Shown here: piece by piece, positions 26,696 through 36,227 of the stretch | Position numbering within the stretch: position 1 is the first letter of the stretch | How the letters are laid out: the number at the start of each line of letters is the position of its first letter | Assembly (NCBI GenBank): GCA_030650425.1 | Contig: JAUSED010000008.1 | Span: forward strand, 4,554-68,553 | DNA length: 64,000 nucleotides | Source of the DNA: Candidatus Omnitrophota bacterium | GTDB taxonomy: Bacteria; Omnitrophota; Gorgyraeia; Gygaellales; Profunditerraquicolaceae | Direction: 5' to 3' | Made by a program: the position numbers and the translations under genes | Notes under the pieces: generated by a model | Told to the model about the DNA's origin: nothing | The model's input: only the letters and a program-made list of their open reading frames with translations | Database searches by the model: none

Positions 26696-29097
26696 AAATA
26701 AGGGACCGTTTCTATTTTTCCCTGGTAGGAGACATTTTCCTTTGCGTCAGAAAGGGACATTTTCCTTTTGAAGTTCTAGTTAGAGCCCTGACGGAAAGTG
26801 TCCCTTTCTGCAAAGGTTGGAAAGTGTCCCCTACTGCGCCTAGAAACGGTCCCATTTTTTTTCTATTCGTTATTACGTTGGTATTGCTGCCTCTCTTTAG
26901 CCTATCCGCCGATACTTCAGCAGGTAAGGAAGCGGAAACATTCTTTATGGCCCAAAAGGCCTTTGAGGATGGTTTTTATGACGCGAGCCTCGGTTTTCTG
27001 GAGCGTTTCCTGAAAAATTATCCGGATTCCGCTAAGGCCATAGAAGCGAATCTGCTGGTCGGTGAATGTTATTTCCATCAGCATAAGTTTACTGCCGCTT
27101 TAGCCAAGTTCGAAGAGCTTTTAAAAGATCCTCAATCCAAAAGTATTAGAGATGTCCTTTACTATTGGATGGCTGAAGTTAATTTCAAAGGTGATAATTT
27201 TACTCAGGCTTCTTTATATTACAAGAATATTATTCAGGAATTTCCTGTTTCTGCTTACGCCCCCGCGGCGTATTATTCTTTAGGCTGGTGTTTATTTCAG
27301 GAACATAGATTTAAGGACGCGATCGGTTATTTTCAGGCCTTGATTAAGAAGTACCCTCAAGAACCCCAAGCTAAAGATGCCGGTTTTAAAATTATCGAAT
27401 GCCTGTATAACCTAAAAGATTACGCCCAGCTAAAAGAAAGAATAAATTCAAACATCGATGTCTTTCCCAAAGATGCCTTGCGCGTGGCCTACCTTTATTT
27501 TTATTTAGGCGAAGCTGATTATTATCTGGGAGATTTTGACGGGGCGCTCGCTGCCTATGCTAAAGTTTTAACGAACAGCCCCGACGCTAAAATGCAGGCG
27601 CTGACTAAACTGGATTTAGGCTGGGCATACCTTAAATTAAAACGCTACCAAGAGGCCGAAGATGTTTTCTTAGGGATAAAACAGAGTAATTTGGAGAAGG
27701 GAAGCCGGGATATCCTGTTATTGGGCAGGGCTATTGCTTCAATGGAGACTAACCGGATACATCAGGCTAAAAAACTATATGAAGAATTGTCAGTTCAGGC
27801 CAGCGACCCCTTGATTTCAATCCAAGGTTTGATCGGCAGGGCGGATGCCCTTTATAATTTGGCTGACTACGCGGAAGCCTCTAAGGCTTACCAAGAGGCA
27901 TTGGCCAAAGTAAATCTAAAAGGAGCCTATCGTCAGATAATCGATAAATTATATTATAATTTAGGCTGGTCTTTGCTGAAACAAGGGTATATCCTTGAGG
28001 CTATTACAGCGTTTCAAAGGGTGATTGATTTAAGCAGCGACGCTACATTTAGAGCAGGCGCTCTTTGTCAGATAGGAGATGCCTATCAGGAGGGGGCGGA
28101 TTATAAAAAAGCCGAAGAGGCATATAAATTATTATTGAAGGAATACCCGGGTTCTCATTATAACGATTATACATTATATCAATTGGGTTCAGTCTGTTTA
28201 AAAGAAGCAAAAATCAATGAAGCAATTTTAAACCTGATCCTTTTAGAAAAGAAATTTTCTTCATCCAAATTTTTGGATGATGCCGCGTATACCCTTGGTT
28301 TAGCTTATTTCAATAAGCAGGATTATAATTTGGCGAAGGAGACCCTTAAAAAATTTCAGGACATATTTAAGAATAGCGATTTAAGGCCAAAGGCGCTTTA
28401 TCTTTTGGGAAATTGCCTCTATAGCTTGGGAGATTATCCTTCGGCTATACAGGTTTTCAAAGAAATCCCGAGGTTTACCGGTATTGAAGCTGAATTGGAA
28501 GAGAAAGCTGAGTACGGGGTGGCGGACGCGCTTTATCAGATGGGGCAGGAGGAAGAGGCGCTTGCGCGATTTAAGGCTTTACGCTCTAAATATCCCGGCT
28601 CAAGCCTTGCCCCGGATATCCTCTGGTGGTTGGGGAGCTATTATTATCAGCATAATGAAGTGGAGCTGGCGCAGAGGTATTTTTTGTCGCTTATACAGGA
28701 TTTCCCTAAGAGTAATTTATTAGCCGACGCTTATTACGGCTTAGGCCTTACCTTAATGGATGGGCCAAAGGCACAGGAGGCTCTGGATAATTTTAGAAAG
28801 GCGCTTGCTTTAAATAATCCCGAGATTAAGCCTAAGGCAGCGGTAGCGATGGCTGAAATCGAAGAGGCGAAGGGGAACATTGATCAGGCAGCTAAAGATT
28901 ATCTGGAAGCGATTAAACTATCCGGACAGGATAATAAACTTACCGCGACAGTTCTTTTAAGGTTAGGTAGAATCTATGAAGATAAGAATAATATTCAGGA
29001 AGCCTTAAAGGTTTATTCCAAGATATTAGATATGAATATAGCGGAGTCCAAATACGCCGAAGAGCGGATTGCCAGCCTTAAGCCCAGCGTTAAATAA
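26692..29097 (+). CDS. Exported tetratricopeptide-repeat protein; signal peptide interrupted by an in-frame element
   Basis: Many TPR motifs; ATG overlaps the uvrA stop. Confidence 0.85.
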   Translation: MKIRDRFYFSLVGDIFLCVRKGHFPFEVLVRALTESVPFCKGWKVSPTAPRNGPIFFLFVITLVLLPLFSLSADTSAGKEAETFFMAQKAFEDGFYDASLGFLERFLKNYPDSAKAIEANLLVGECYFHQHKFTAALAKFEELLKDPQSKSIRDVLYYWMAEVNFKGDNFTQASLYYKNIIQEFPVSAYAPAAYYSLGWCLFQEHRFKDAIGYFQALIKKYPQEPQAKDAGFKIIECLYNLKDYAQLKERINSNIDVFPKDALRVAYLYFYLGEADYYLGDFDGALAAYAKVLTNSPDAKMQALTKLDLGWAYLKLKRYQEAEDVFLGIKQSNLEKGSRDILLLGRAIASMETNRIHQAKKLYEELSVQASDPLISIQGLIGRADALYNLADYAEASKAYQEALAKVNLKGAYRQIIDKLYYNLGWSLLKQGYILEAITAFQRVIDLSSDATFRAGALCQIGDAYQEGADYKKAEEAYKLLLKEYPGSHYNDYTLYQLGSVCLKEAKINEAILNLILLEKKFSSSKFLDDAAYTLGLAYFNKQDYNLAKETLKKFQDIFKNSDLRPKALYLLGNCLYSLGDYPSAIQVFKEIPRFTGIEAELEEKAEYGVADALYQMGQEEEALARFKALRSKYPGSSLAPDILWWLGSYYYQHNEVELAQRYFLSLIQDFPKSNLLADAYYGLGLTLMDGPKAQEALDNFRKALALNNPEIKPKAAVAMAEIEEAKGNIDQAAKDYLEAIKLSGQDNKLTATVLLRLGRIYEDKNNIQEALKVYSKILDMNIAESKYAEERIASLKPSVK
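26701..26853. mobile_element. Triple-nested palindromic element (A>B>B), in-frame within a CDS
   Basis: Outer gggaccgtttcta / tagaaacggtccc; middle 26725-26834; inner 26748-26810; 153 bp with no stop in frame. Confidence 0.9.
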
Positions 29098-29107
29098 AGG
29101 TAAATAA

Positions 29108-29126
29108 AAAGGTGACTGTCACCTTT
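29108..29126. repeat. Family D solo palindrome
   Basis: aaaggtgactgtcaccttt. Confidence 0.8.
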
Positions 29127-29142
29127 AACCCCTAGAAAATAG

Positions 29143-29170
29143 TTGACAGAAGTCATATTTATTATAAAAT
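29143..29170 (+). promoter_or_regulatory. Putative sigma70 promoter
   Basis: TTGACA-16 nt-TAAAAT, then SD GGAGG before ATG 29189. Confidence 0.55.
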
Positions 29171-29188
29171 AAAATTCTGGAGGAGAAA

Positions 29189-29395
29189 ATGATTACAGAA
29201 ATAGGCATCGTTGCCGGAGAGATATGGCATTTTTTAGACCAGCATGGAGAGGTTAGCTTAGTTGAATTGGTTAAGGGTATAGATAAACCTCGGGATAATG
29301 TGCTGATGAGTTTGGGTTGGCTTGCCAGAGAAGGGCATGTACTTTTACAGCAGGCAGGGAATGACTACAAAGTATCTTTAAGAAAAGATGCCTAA
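29189..29395 (+). CDS. Small winged helix-turn-helix protein (DUF2582-like)
   Basis: IGIVAGEIWHFL...LGWLAREG pattern; strong SD. Confidence 0.75.
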   Translation: MITEIGIVAGEIWHFLDQHGEVSLVELVKGIDKPRDNVLMSLGWLAREGHVLLQQAGNDYKVSLRKDA

Positions 29396-29795
29396 TTTTA
29401 AAACCAATGGAAAAGGCGTAGTTCTGCTTATTGTCCTAGGGGTGGTACTAGTGGTTACTTTTTTGGCCGCAGCTATATTGACGATTATGTCCAGCCATTC
29501 CCGTTTGACACACCATCAGGTCAGCCGGATTAAAGCTTATTATACCGGAAAAGGAATGATGAATTATGTCTTAGATAAAATGAGGACAGATTCTGTTTGG
29601 CAGCCGCACGCTACAGAGACTCACTATGCTTGTTATCGAGGTTGTATAGATGCCACTGCCACTGCCACTGTTGGTTTAGATATGCCTGTCGTTGATGCCG
29701 ATATCCTCTATAAGGTTCAAGTAACGATCTATCCCCTTAATGTGGATCCCAAGGGTAAAATAAATATAAAGACCGACTATACCTATACTCTGTAA
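29388..29795 (+). CDS. PilX/GspK-like minor pilin
   Basis: KG|VVLLIVL prepilin-like N-terminus lacking Glu5; KAYY. Confidence 0.6.
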   Translation: MPNFKTNGKGVVLLIVLGVVLVVTFLAAAILTIMSSHSRLTHHQVSRIKAYYTGKGMMNYVLDKMRTDSVWQPHATETHYACYRGCIDATATATVGLDMPVVDADILYKVQVTIYPLNVDPKGKINIKTDYTYTL

Positions 29796-29800
29796 AAACT

Positions 29801-29875
29801 AGGGACCGTTTCTATTTTTCTAAAGTAGGGGAGGTTTAAACCTCCCCTACCGTCTTAAAAATAGAAACGGTCCCT
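29801..29875. mobile_element. Family A element enclosing a perfect 26-bp GTAG REP-like palindrome
   Basis: agggaccgtttctatttt / aaaatagaaacggtccct; inner gtaggggaggtttaaacctcccctac at 29825-29850. Confidence 0.9.
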
Positions 29876-29893
29876 TTTTTGCTGATTAGCGGT

Positions 29894-29952
29894 AAGTCTA
29901 AGGAAGTCTATATAAGAAAACACTTGACAAACTAAGACTGTTATGTTTTAAT
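29894..29952 (+). promoter_or_regulatory. Promoter with upstream AAGTCTA direct repeats
   Basis: aagtcta at 29894 and 29904; TTGACA (29924)-17 nt-TTTAAT (29947). Confidence 0.55.
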
Positions 29953-29962
29953 TAAGTTCGTT

Positions 29963-30154
29963 ATGAATCGACTGATCGACATAGACGAATTAGCGGATTA
30001 TCTTAAGCTCAAAAAGCAGACCATCTATAACTGGTTGAGCCAAGGCAAGATCTCCGGGATTAAAGTTGGCGGTGTGTGGAGGTTTGACCGTAAGGATGTG
30101 GATAGCTGGCTGCAAAGCAGCAAACGTCTCTCCAGGACAGGAGCGAACCAATGA
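29963..30154 (+). CDS. Excisionase/BldC-like helix-turn-helix DNA-binding protein
   Basis: DELADYLKLKKQTIYNW...KVGGVWRF; stop overlaps the start of the pilM-like gene. Confidence 0.85.
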   Translation: MNRLIDIDELADYLKLKKQTIYNWLSQGKISGIKVGGVWRFDRKDVDSWLQSSKRLSRTGANQ

Positions 30155-31701
30155 GTGATTTAGGCATATATTTTGGGCCCAAATCCATCGATGTATCAGA
30201 GGCCAAGGGAAGAAAGCTGGTCAATAATCTGCAGATTCCCGTCTTCGGAATTATCGGTAATGAATTGGATGAAAAAGTCCCTACCGAAATAAAATTAGTC
30301 GCTGCTTTTAATGACGCCTTTAGAAGGAATAAGATCCAAGCTAAAGAGGCGAACCTTTGCCTTTCCGGTAAAGATCTGATTATGAGGACGTTTGAGATCC
30401 CCTTACTTCCTAAAGAGGAGCTTCATGCTGCGATAAACTTTGAAGCCAAGAAGTACATACCTTTTAAGGTCGAGGAGCTTATTTCAGATTATCAGGTTGA
30501 GTTGGATAAGCTAAGCCGGACGAATATCGTCCTTTTTATGGGGATCAAAAAGGATACCTTCGATAAATATTTCTCGACTCTCAATCAGTTAAATATCAAG
30601 ATAAACTCAATAGAATATGCCGGGTTTAGCGCTTTAAGGATATTAAAACTGGCGCGGATCAATGAAAGCGGAGTTATAGGCATACTTTGTTTTGACTCAC
30701 GTGGCGAAGACGAGATAAATTTTACGGTTTTAGATAACGGTTTTCCGTTATTCAGCCGGGATATCAATTTAAGCAGCGTTCCTTCGGATTTAGACCAGGC
30801 TCAGGGAGAGTCTGGTCTTTCTCCGGATAAATTGAAGGCAGAGGTGCGTGTATCTTTGGATTATTATCACCGTAAATTCCCAGCCAAAGCCATAAAAAAT
30901 ATCTTTGTCGTTTCCAGCCCTGACTGGCGCCAGGAACTCGAGGTTTTTATCAATGATTTAGGCCTTCCCAACAAGTTTATCGATATCTCTAAAATAATCA
31001 ATAAGCCGATGGCTTTTTCTTCGGGTTTGGTGAAAAGCTATAGCGCGGCGATCTCCAAGGCCATTCCGATTAAGGTTAGGGTTAATTTAATCGAGAGTAA
31101 GGCCAGGGCGCTTAAGCCCGCGGCAGCCGCTGCCGGACTGGATTTAACCTCTTTATTAAAGAATATAAAATTAGACTTTCGCGTGATTACCGCGGGGGTT
31201 TTGCTTTGCGCCGCCACCTTTATCTATGGAATTTTTCAGCTAGCGCCTTTAAAACAGAATTTAGGTCAGGTGGTCAGCAAAAGGAGCAAGGTAGCTAAGA
31301 TCAGCCCTGACTCCAGCTATGCGTCGCTCAATATTGCCAGTTTAAAAGATAAAAAGACTTTGGATAATCTGGATAACCTGATTAAAAAACAATTATACGT
31401 TACCGAAGTATTGAATATTGTTCCTCCTTCTCTTCCGCGAGGGGTATGGCTGACTAAGTTTTCTTTGGCTAAAAGGGAAGAGGATAAAAAAGAGCTTACC
31501 TTGGCGGGTATGAGTTATTTGGGAGAGAGCAGCAATGAATTTCAGGCGATAAATAAGTTTTTTAATAATTTAAGGGATAACCCGGAATTTACCAAATATT
31601 TTAAGGATATAAGCATAGTTTCGATTGATCATACTCAATTTCTTCAGGCAACGGTAACCACATTTTCCATATCCTGCAAGACTTACCAAGAGGCTAAATA
31701 A
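30151..31701 (+). CDS. PilM-PilN fusion (GspL-like) pilus assembly protein
   Basis: Actin-like N-domain (FEAKKYIPF), VNLI motif, TM helix, then PilN-like domain (VWLTKF...LTLAG). Confidence 0.7.
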   Translation: MSDLGIYFGPKSIDVSEAKGRKLVNNLQIPVFGIIGNELDEKVPTEIKLVAAFNDAFRRNKIQAKEANLCLSGKDLIMRTFEIPLLPKEELHAAINFEAKKYIPFKVEELISDYQVELDKLSRTNIVLFMGIKKDTFDKYFSTLNQLNIKINSIEYAGFSALRILKLARINESGVIGILCFDSRGEDEINFTVLDNGFPLFSRDINLSSVPSDLDQAQGESGLSPDKLKAEVRVSLDYYHRKFPAKAIKNIFVVSSPDWRQELEVFINDLGLPNKFIDISKIINKPMAFSSGLVKSYSAAISKAIPIKVRVNLIESKARALKPAAAAAGLDLTSLLKNIKLDFRVITAGVLLCAATFIYGIFQLAPLKQNLGQVVSKRSKVAKISPDSSYASLNIASLKDKKTLDNLDNLIKKQLYVTEVLNIVPPSLPRGVWLTKFSLAKREEDKKELTLAGMSYLGESSNEFQAINKFFNNLRDNPEFTKYFKDISIVSIDHTQFLQATVTTFSISCKTYQEAK

Positions 31702-31702
31702 T

Positions 31703-32218
31703 ATGGCGCAGTCAGGGCAAACCGATAAATACAGGAATATGCTGATCAACGCGGCGATCATTACGGTAACCTTGATTATCGCCTACAATCTATATCAGGC
31801 CAGCCTTTCCCAGGCCCAATCTTTAAAGGCTAAGATCAGCGAAGAAGAAAAGAAGAATATTGAACTGGAAAAGATGGGTAAGCTGGAAAAAAGGATCGCT
31901 GCGTATCGATCGCTGCTGGTTGTAAGAGAGACGAGCGCGGTGATGAGCGATATTAGCGATATTGCTAAAGAAACCAAGGTAAAGGTTTTATCGGTTAAGC
32001 CGTCCCAAAAGGAATCAGCAGCCGACTATGCTAAGGCAATTTTTGAGGTTACTCTTAATGCCGGCGGATATGATCAATTGGCTAAATTCATTAACGCGAT
32101 AGAAGCTTATGAAAATGTCTATATGGTCGAAGGTATGGATATCAGCAGCCAGCCCGGGCTTGATCAGTCCGGATTGACGGTTAATTTGCGGATTAGCTCT
32201 GTCTCGGCGAATCAATGA
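31703..32218 (+). CDS. pilO: PilO/GspM-like protein
   Basis: TM helix, coiled coil, GGYDQLAKFINAIE. Confidence 0.7.
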   Translation: MAQSGQTDKYRNMLINAAIITVTLIIAYNLYQASLSQAQSLKAKISEEEKKNIELEKMGKLEKRIAAYRSLLVVRETSAVMSDISDIAKETKVKVLSVKPSQKESAADYAKAIFEVTLNAGGYDQLAKFINAIEAYENVYMVEGMDISSQPGLDQSGLTVNLRISSVSANQ

Positions 32219-32724
32219 TAAAAATGCGCAAAATTTCCAGATTAATAATTTTTTGCTTAGGGTTATTCATTACGGCTTCGTTTTACCCGGAAGCATTTGC
32301 CGAGGTGGATTGGAACCTTAAGGCGCCGAAGGAGCTGGAGGAAGAAGAGATCATTAAAAAGGCGGCTCCGTTAGAAAACGCCCGGAAGAAGGATGAGACC
32401 ATCCGTCCCAAAATAGAATATAACAGCCAAGGCTTAAGAGACCCTTTTCGGCCTTTAATTACGGAGAAAAAAACCGAGAGCGCCGCGGTGAGCCGGGAGC
32501 CGGAAATAAAACCGCTCCCTGTTTTAACGGTGCAGGGTTTAATTTGGGGAGGTATTTTCCCTCAGGCGATCATCAATAATAAAGTGGTAAAAGTAGGAGA
32601 CGCGATAGGAGAGGTCAAGATAACCGAAATAAGTAAAGAAGGCGTAACTGTGCTCTTCGCTAATATGGAGCATAAATTGTCTTCTCCGGCTGTGACGGGT
32701 CCACAGCAAAAAGGGAAGAAATAA
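32215..32724 (+). CDS. PilP/GspC-like accessory protein
   Basis: Signal-like N-terminus, RDPF, AIINNKVVKVGD; precedes the secretin. Confidence 0.6.
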   Translation: MIKMRKISRLIIFCLGLFITASFYPEAFAEVDWNLKAPKELEEEEIIKKAAPLENARKKDETIRPKIEYNSQGLRDPFRPLITEKKTESAAVSREPEIKPLPVLTVQGLIWGGIFPQAIINNKVVKVGDAIGEVKITEISKEGVTVLFANMEHKLSSPAVTGPQQKGKK

Positions 32725-32783
32725 TACCCCGCGCTTATAAGGAATTGCGCGGGTATGCCCTTATGGGCAAAAGGGAGGAAATT

Positions 32784-34361
32784 ATGAAAACTTATTTTAG
32801 AGCATTTGTCTTCATCTTTGTTTTAGCTAATCTTACTTTGATTCCCAAACTCAGCGCCTCTGAATACTCGCCCATATCGGAGGATAATGAAACGTCTATT
32901 TCTATGGATTTGCAGGATGCATCCTTAAAGGATGTATTGAAGATTTTATCTATCCAATCGGGCTTAAATTTTGTTGCTTCAGAGGCAGTCCAGGATAGAA
33001 AGCTAACTCTCTATATGGATAAAGTGCCTTTAAAAGAGGCGATGGATAAGATATTCAAGGCTAATAATCTGTCTTATGATTTGGATAAAGAGGCGAACAT
33101 TTTTATTGTCAATGATTGGGGGAAACCAACCACCCAGACAGTGACTAAGGTTTTTTACCTAAAGCATGCCACAGTTTCTTCCTCTTCGTTAAAAGAAGAG
33201 ATGAAGAATAATATAAGCGCTACCAGCAGTTCAGACTCTTCTTCAGAATCTTCCAGCAGCTCTTCCGGTTCATCTTCAAGCAGTAGTTCAGAAGGCGGTA
33301 AATGGAAGGCGGAAGAGGAGGCGGGGATTACTTCCGCGGTCAAAAAGCTTTTATCCAAGGATGGCTCGGTAATTGAAGATTTCCGCACCAACAGCCTGAT
33401 TGTTACGGATATACCCAGCAGGATGGAAGTTGTCAGCCAAGTAATCACTTCTTTAGATATCTCTGTTCCGCAGGTATTGTTGGAAGTGGAGATGCTGGAT
33501 GTGAGTAAAAATGTAGTTGATCAAATAGGTTTTAAATTCGGCCAAACGCCCTTTAGTGTGGCTTTAAGCGGCGCCGCGATCAGCACGGAATATCCTTTTA
33601 GCCCGGCGATGTATGCTTTTAGAAGTGTTGCCAAAACCCTTACCGCCGGATCAATCAACGTGAGCAATGGGACGAACGGCACCAGTGTTTATAATATGCA
33701 GTTAGATTTCTTAAGGACGCAGACCGATACCAAGTTTCTTGCCCGGCCCAAGATACTCACTTTAAATAACGAAACAGCCGAGGTTAAGATTACTACTGAT
33801 GAAGCTGTGGGAGTAACCAGCGTTCAGCAAGGGCAAGGGGATGCTTCTTCAACTACCGGTTCAGCGGAAAGATTTGCTACCGGGGTTACCTTAAGAGTAA
33901 CTCCTCAGATTGATTTAGAGGCCGGAGAGATTACCATGTTTGTTTATCCGCAGGTGGCTGAAGCTTCCACTACTACCGTTACTTTTACCAGTAACGGTGA
34001 AGATTTTACTTTTCATAATCCGGAAATCCGCAGCACGAAGACTACAGTGTGTGTAAAAGACGGAGAGACGGTGGTGCTCGGAGGCTTAATCCGTAACCAG
34101 AAGAGCACGATTATCACCAAACTTCCTATATTAGGAGATATACCCATACTCGGCGCGTTATTTAGGCATAAAAATCAAAGTCCCGATAATCAACGCGAAC
34201 TGTTAGTTTTTATCACTCCGCATATCGTGAAAAGTGCTAAAGCAGATACAACTCCGCTTAAAAAAACAGTTCTTCCGTTAAGAGAGCAAGCCCAAGCCAT
34301 TCCGCTCTCCCGGCAGCAAAGTATGAGCACCTATCTGAATAATTTTGAGGCTAAGCGTTAA
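32784..34361 (+). CDS. Secretin (GspD/PilQ family), copy 1
   Basis: N-domains, Ser-rich linker, VKDGETVVLGGLI and LPILGDIPILGALF; ATG 32784 after GGGAGG. Confidence 0.9.
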   Translation: MKTYFRAFVFIFVLANLTLIPKLSASEYSPISEDNETSISMDLQDASLKDVLKILSIQSGLNFVASEAVQDRKLTLYMDKVPLKEAMDKIFKANNLSYDLDKEANIFIVNDWGKPTTQTVTKVFYLKHATVSSSSLKEEMKNNISATSSSDSSSESSSSSSGSSSSSSSEGGKWKAEEEAGITSAVKKLLSKDGSVIEDFRTNSLIVTDIPSRMEVVSQVITSLDISVPQVLLEVEMLDVSKNVVDQIGFKFGQTPFSVALSGAAISTEYPFSPAMYAFRSVAKTLTAGSINVSNGTNGTSVYNMQLDFLRTQTDTKFLARPKILTLNNETAEVKITTDEAVGVTSVQQGQGDASSTTGSAERFATGVTLRVTPQIDLEAGEITMFVYPQVAEASTTTVTFTSNGEDFTFHNPEIRSTKTTVCVKDGETVVLGGLIRNQKSTIITKLPILGDIPILGALFRHKNQSPDNQRELLVFITPHIVKSAKADTTPLKKTVLPLREQAQAIPLSRQQSMSTYLNNFEAKR

Positions 34362-34366
34362 ATGTT

Positions 34367-34425
34367 CAAGAGAAGGTGACAGTCACGTATTTCGTGACTG
34401 TCACCTTCTCTTGCTCGCAATGACA
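34367..34425. repeat. Family D perfect 21-bp IR with an adjacent CGTC-type half end
   Basis: caagagaaggtgacagtcacg / cgtgactgtcaccttctcttg, then ctcgcaatgaca. Confidence 0.9.
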
Positions 34426-34456
34426 ATATAAAAAGGTTTTCGAGTTTAAATACTCT

Positions 34457-36190
34457 ATGTTGAATAAAGGAAAATATTTAAGGTTAGGGGAGCTTTTGAT
34501 TAAAGAAGGCCTGCTCAGCGAAGTGCAACTGGAAAAAGCCATAGCCGCCCAGCGCCAGCAAGGCGGAAGGCTGGGCGAGGTTTTGGTTAAGCTAGGCATG
34601 GTCAAAGAGGATCAGATGGTCGCGGTCTTAGGCAAACAGCTGAATGTCCCGTATTTTTCTCTGGGCACAGGGATGCTTAAACCGGCAATGGATCAGGGCC
34701 TTGAGCGGCTTATTCCGCAGGATTTCGCGATGAAAAATTCCGTCCTTCCTTTGTCGCGCACTTTACGTTCCCTGACCGTAGCGATGGCTGATCCTCTGGA
34801 TTTAATCTTGGTTGATAATTTAGGCAGGTTGACCAATTGCGAAATCAATCCGGTGATTGCCACCAAATCCGATATTGTTAAGGCTGTTGAGGGTTTTTAC
34901 GGCAAGTCCGCGATGTTACAGCAGGCGGTAGAAGACTCTTATGATGTTTCGGCCGCGGAGCTGGCTTCCGCGGGTACAATGTCGGATGAGGGGACGGAAC
35001 AGGAATTAAGCTTAGATAAATTAGTTGCCCGGGCAGAAGAAGCCCCGGTGGTAAAATTAGTCGATTTGATCATCCGGCAGGCAATTGATGAGCGCGCCTC
35101 AGACATCCATATCGAACCGTTTAAGGATAAAATATCCCTAAGGTACCGTATCGATGGTAAATTATATGAAATACCCCCTCCGGCAAAGCATCTGCATATG
35201 CCGATTATTTCGCGCATCAAGATTCTTTCCAAGCTGGATATTGCCGAGAAACGGCTTCCTCAGGACGGCGCGTTGTTAGTGAAGATCGGAGAGAGGCCCA
35301 TTGATATCCGCGTTTCGGTTATTCCTACAATCTATGGCGAGAAGATAGTAATGCGGCTGCTTGACCGGAGCCAGATCTCTCTGGATTTAAATAAATTAGG
35401 CGGTGATCCCAAACAGCTGGAATTGATTCGTAAATGTATCGCTACTCCTTACGGCCTGATTTTCCTGACCGGGCCGACCGGCAGCGGAAAAACTACTACC
35501 TTATATGCCATCTTAAACGAAATAAAAAGCCCCACTAAAAATATTGTCACGATTGAAGATCCGGTGGAATACAAATTAGATGGGATTAATCAGGTACAGG
35601 TTAAGCCTGAAATCGGCCTGACCTTTTCCGCGGCCTTACGTAGTTTCTTAAGGCAGGATCCGGATATCATGCTCGTCGGGGAAGTGCGGGATTTGGAAAC
35701 TGCCCAGATCTGCGTGCGTTCCGCGCTTACGGGACATTTGGTTTTAAGCACCCTGCATACTAATGACGCTCCTACAGCCGTAAGCAGGCTGATGGATATC
35801 GGTATTGAGCCTTATATGCTCTCTTCTTCTTTGATCGCGATCATCGGCCAGCGCCTGGTGAGGAGGCTCTGTTTGGATTGCCGGGAGGCCTATGAGCCGA
35901 AGCAGGATGAACTTAAGAATATAAAGTTAAAAGCGGAATTAATTTATAAAGCTAAAGGATGCGCTAGTTGCAATAATACTGGTTATAAAGGCAGGATTTC
36001 TATTTCCGAAGTTTTGGTAGTGAACGAAGAGATCAAGAGTTTGATTACTCAGCGGGCGCCATTCCAGAAGATCAGGGATGTGGCCAAGGCCGGCGGTATG
36101 CAAACCTTATTTGACTCCGCGCTAAAAAAAGTTGAGGAAGGCGCGACTTCTTTGGAAGACGCGCTTTCCATTACCATAGGAGCGGAATAA
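34457..36190 (+). CDS. pilB: PilB/GspE assembly ATPase with MshEN-like N-terminus
   Basis: RLGELL...RLGEVL, GPTGSGKTT, TIEDPVEY and LRQDPDIMLVGEVRD. Confidence 0.92.
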   Translation: MLNKGKYLRLGELLIKEGLLSEVQLEKAIAAQRQQGGRLGEVLVKLGMVKEDQMVAVLGKQLNVPYFSLGTGMLKPAMDQGLERLIPQDFAMKNSVLPLSRTLRSLTVAMADPLDLILVDNLGRLTNCEINPVIATKSDIVKAVEGFYGKSAMLQQAVEDSYDVSAAELASAGTMSDEGTEQELSLDKLVARAEEAPVVKLVDLIIRQAIDERASDIHIEPFKDKISLRYRIDGKLYEIPPPAKHLHMPIISRIKILSKLDIAEKRLPQDGALLVKIGERPIDIRVSVIPTIYGEKIVMRLLDRSQISLDLNKLGGDPKQLELIRKCIATPYGLIFLTGPTGSGKTTTLYAILNEIKSPTKNIVTIEDPVEYKLDGINQVQVKPEIGLTFSAALRSFLRQDPDIMLVGEVRDLETAQICVRSALTGHLVLSTLHTNDAPTAVSRLMDIGIEPYMLSSSLIAIIGQRLVRRLCLDCREAYEPKQDELKNIKLKAELIYKAKGCASCNNTGYKGRISISEVLVVNEEIKSLITQRAPFQKIRDVAKAGGMQTLFDSALKKVEEGATSLEDALSITIGAE

Positions 36191-36197
36191 TTATCGT

Positions 36198-36211
36198 ACA
36201 CCTCGTAGGTG
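36198..36211. repeat. Family E mini-palindrome (CACCTCGTAGGTG)
   Basis: Same core as 44479-44505. Confidence 0.6.
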
Positions 36212-36227
36212 AAATAGGAGCAGGATA

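Noticed and set aside
29963-30154. Excisionase as evidence of a prophage
   Set aside because: No integrase or phage genes nearby; the gene is coupled to a pilus operon
33220-33292. Ser-rich low-complexity tract in secretin 1
   Set aside because: Ser/Gly-rich linkers are ordinary in GspD-type secretins and the DNA is not a clean repeat
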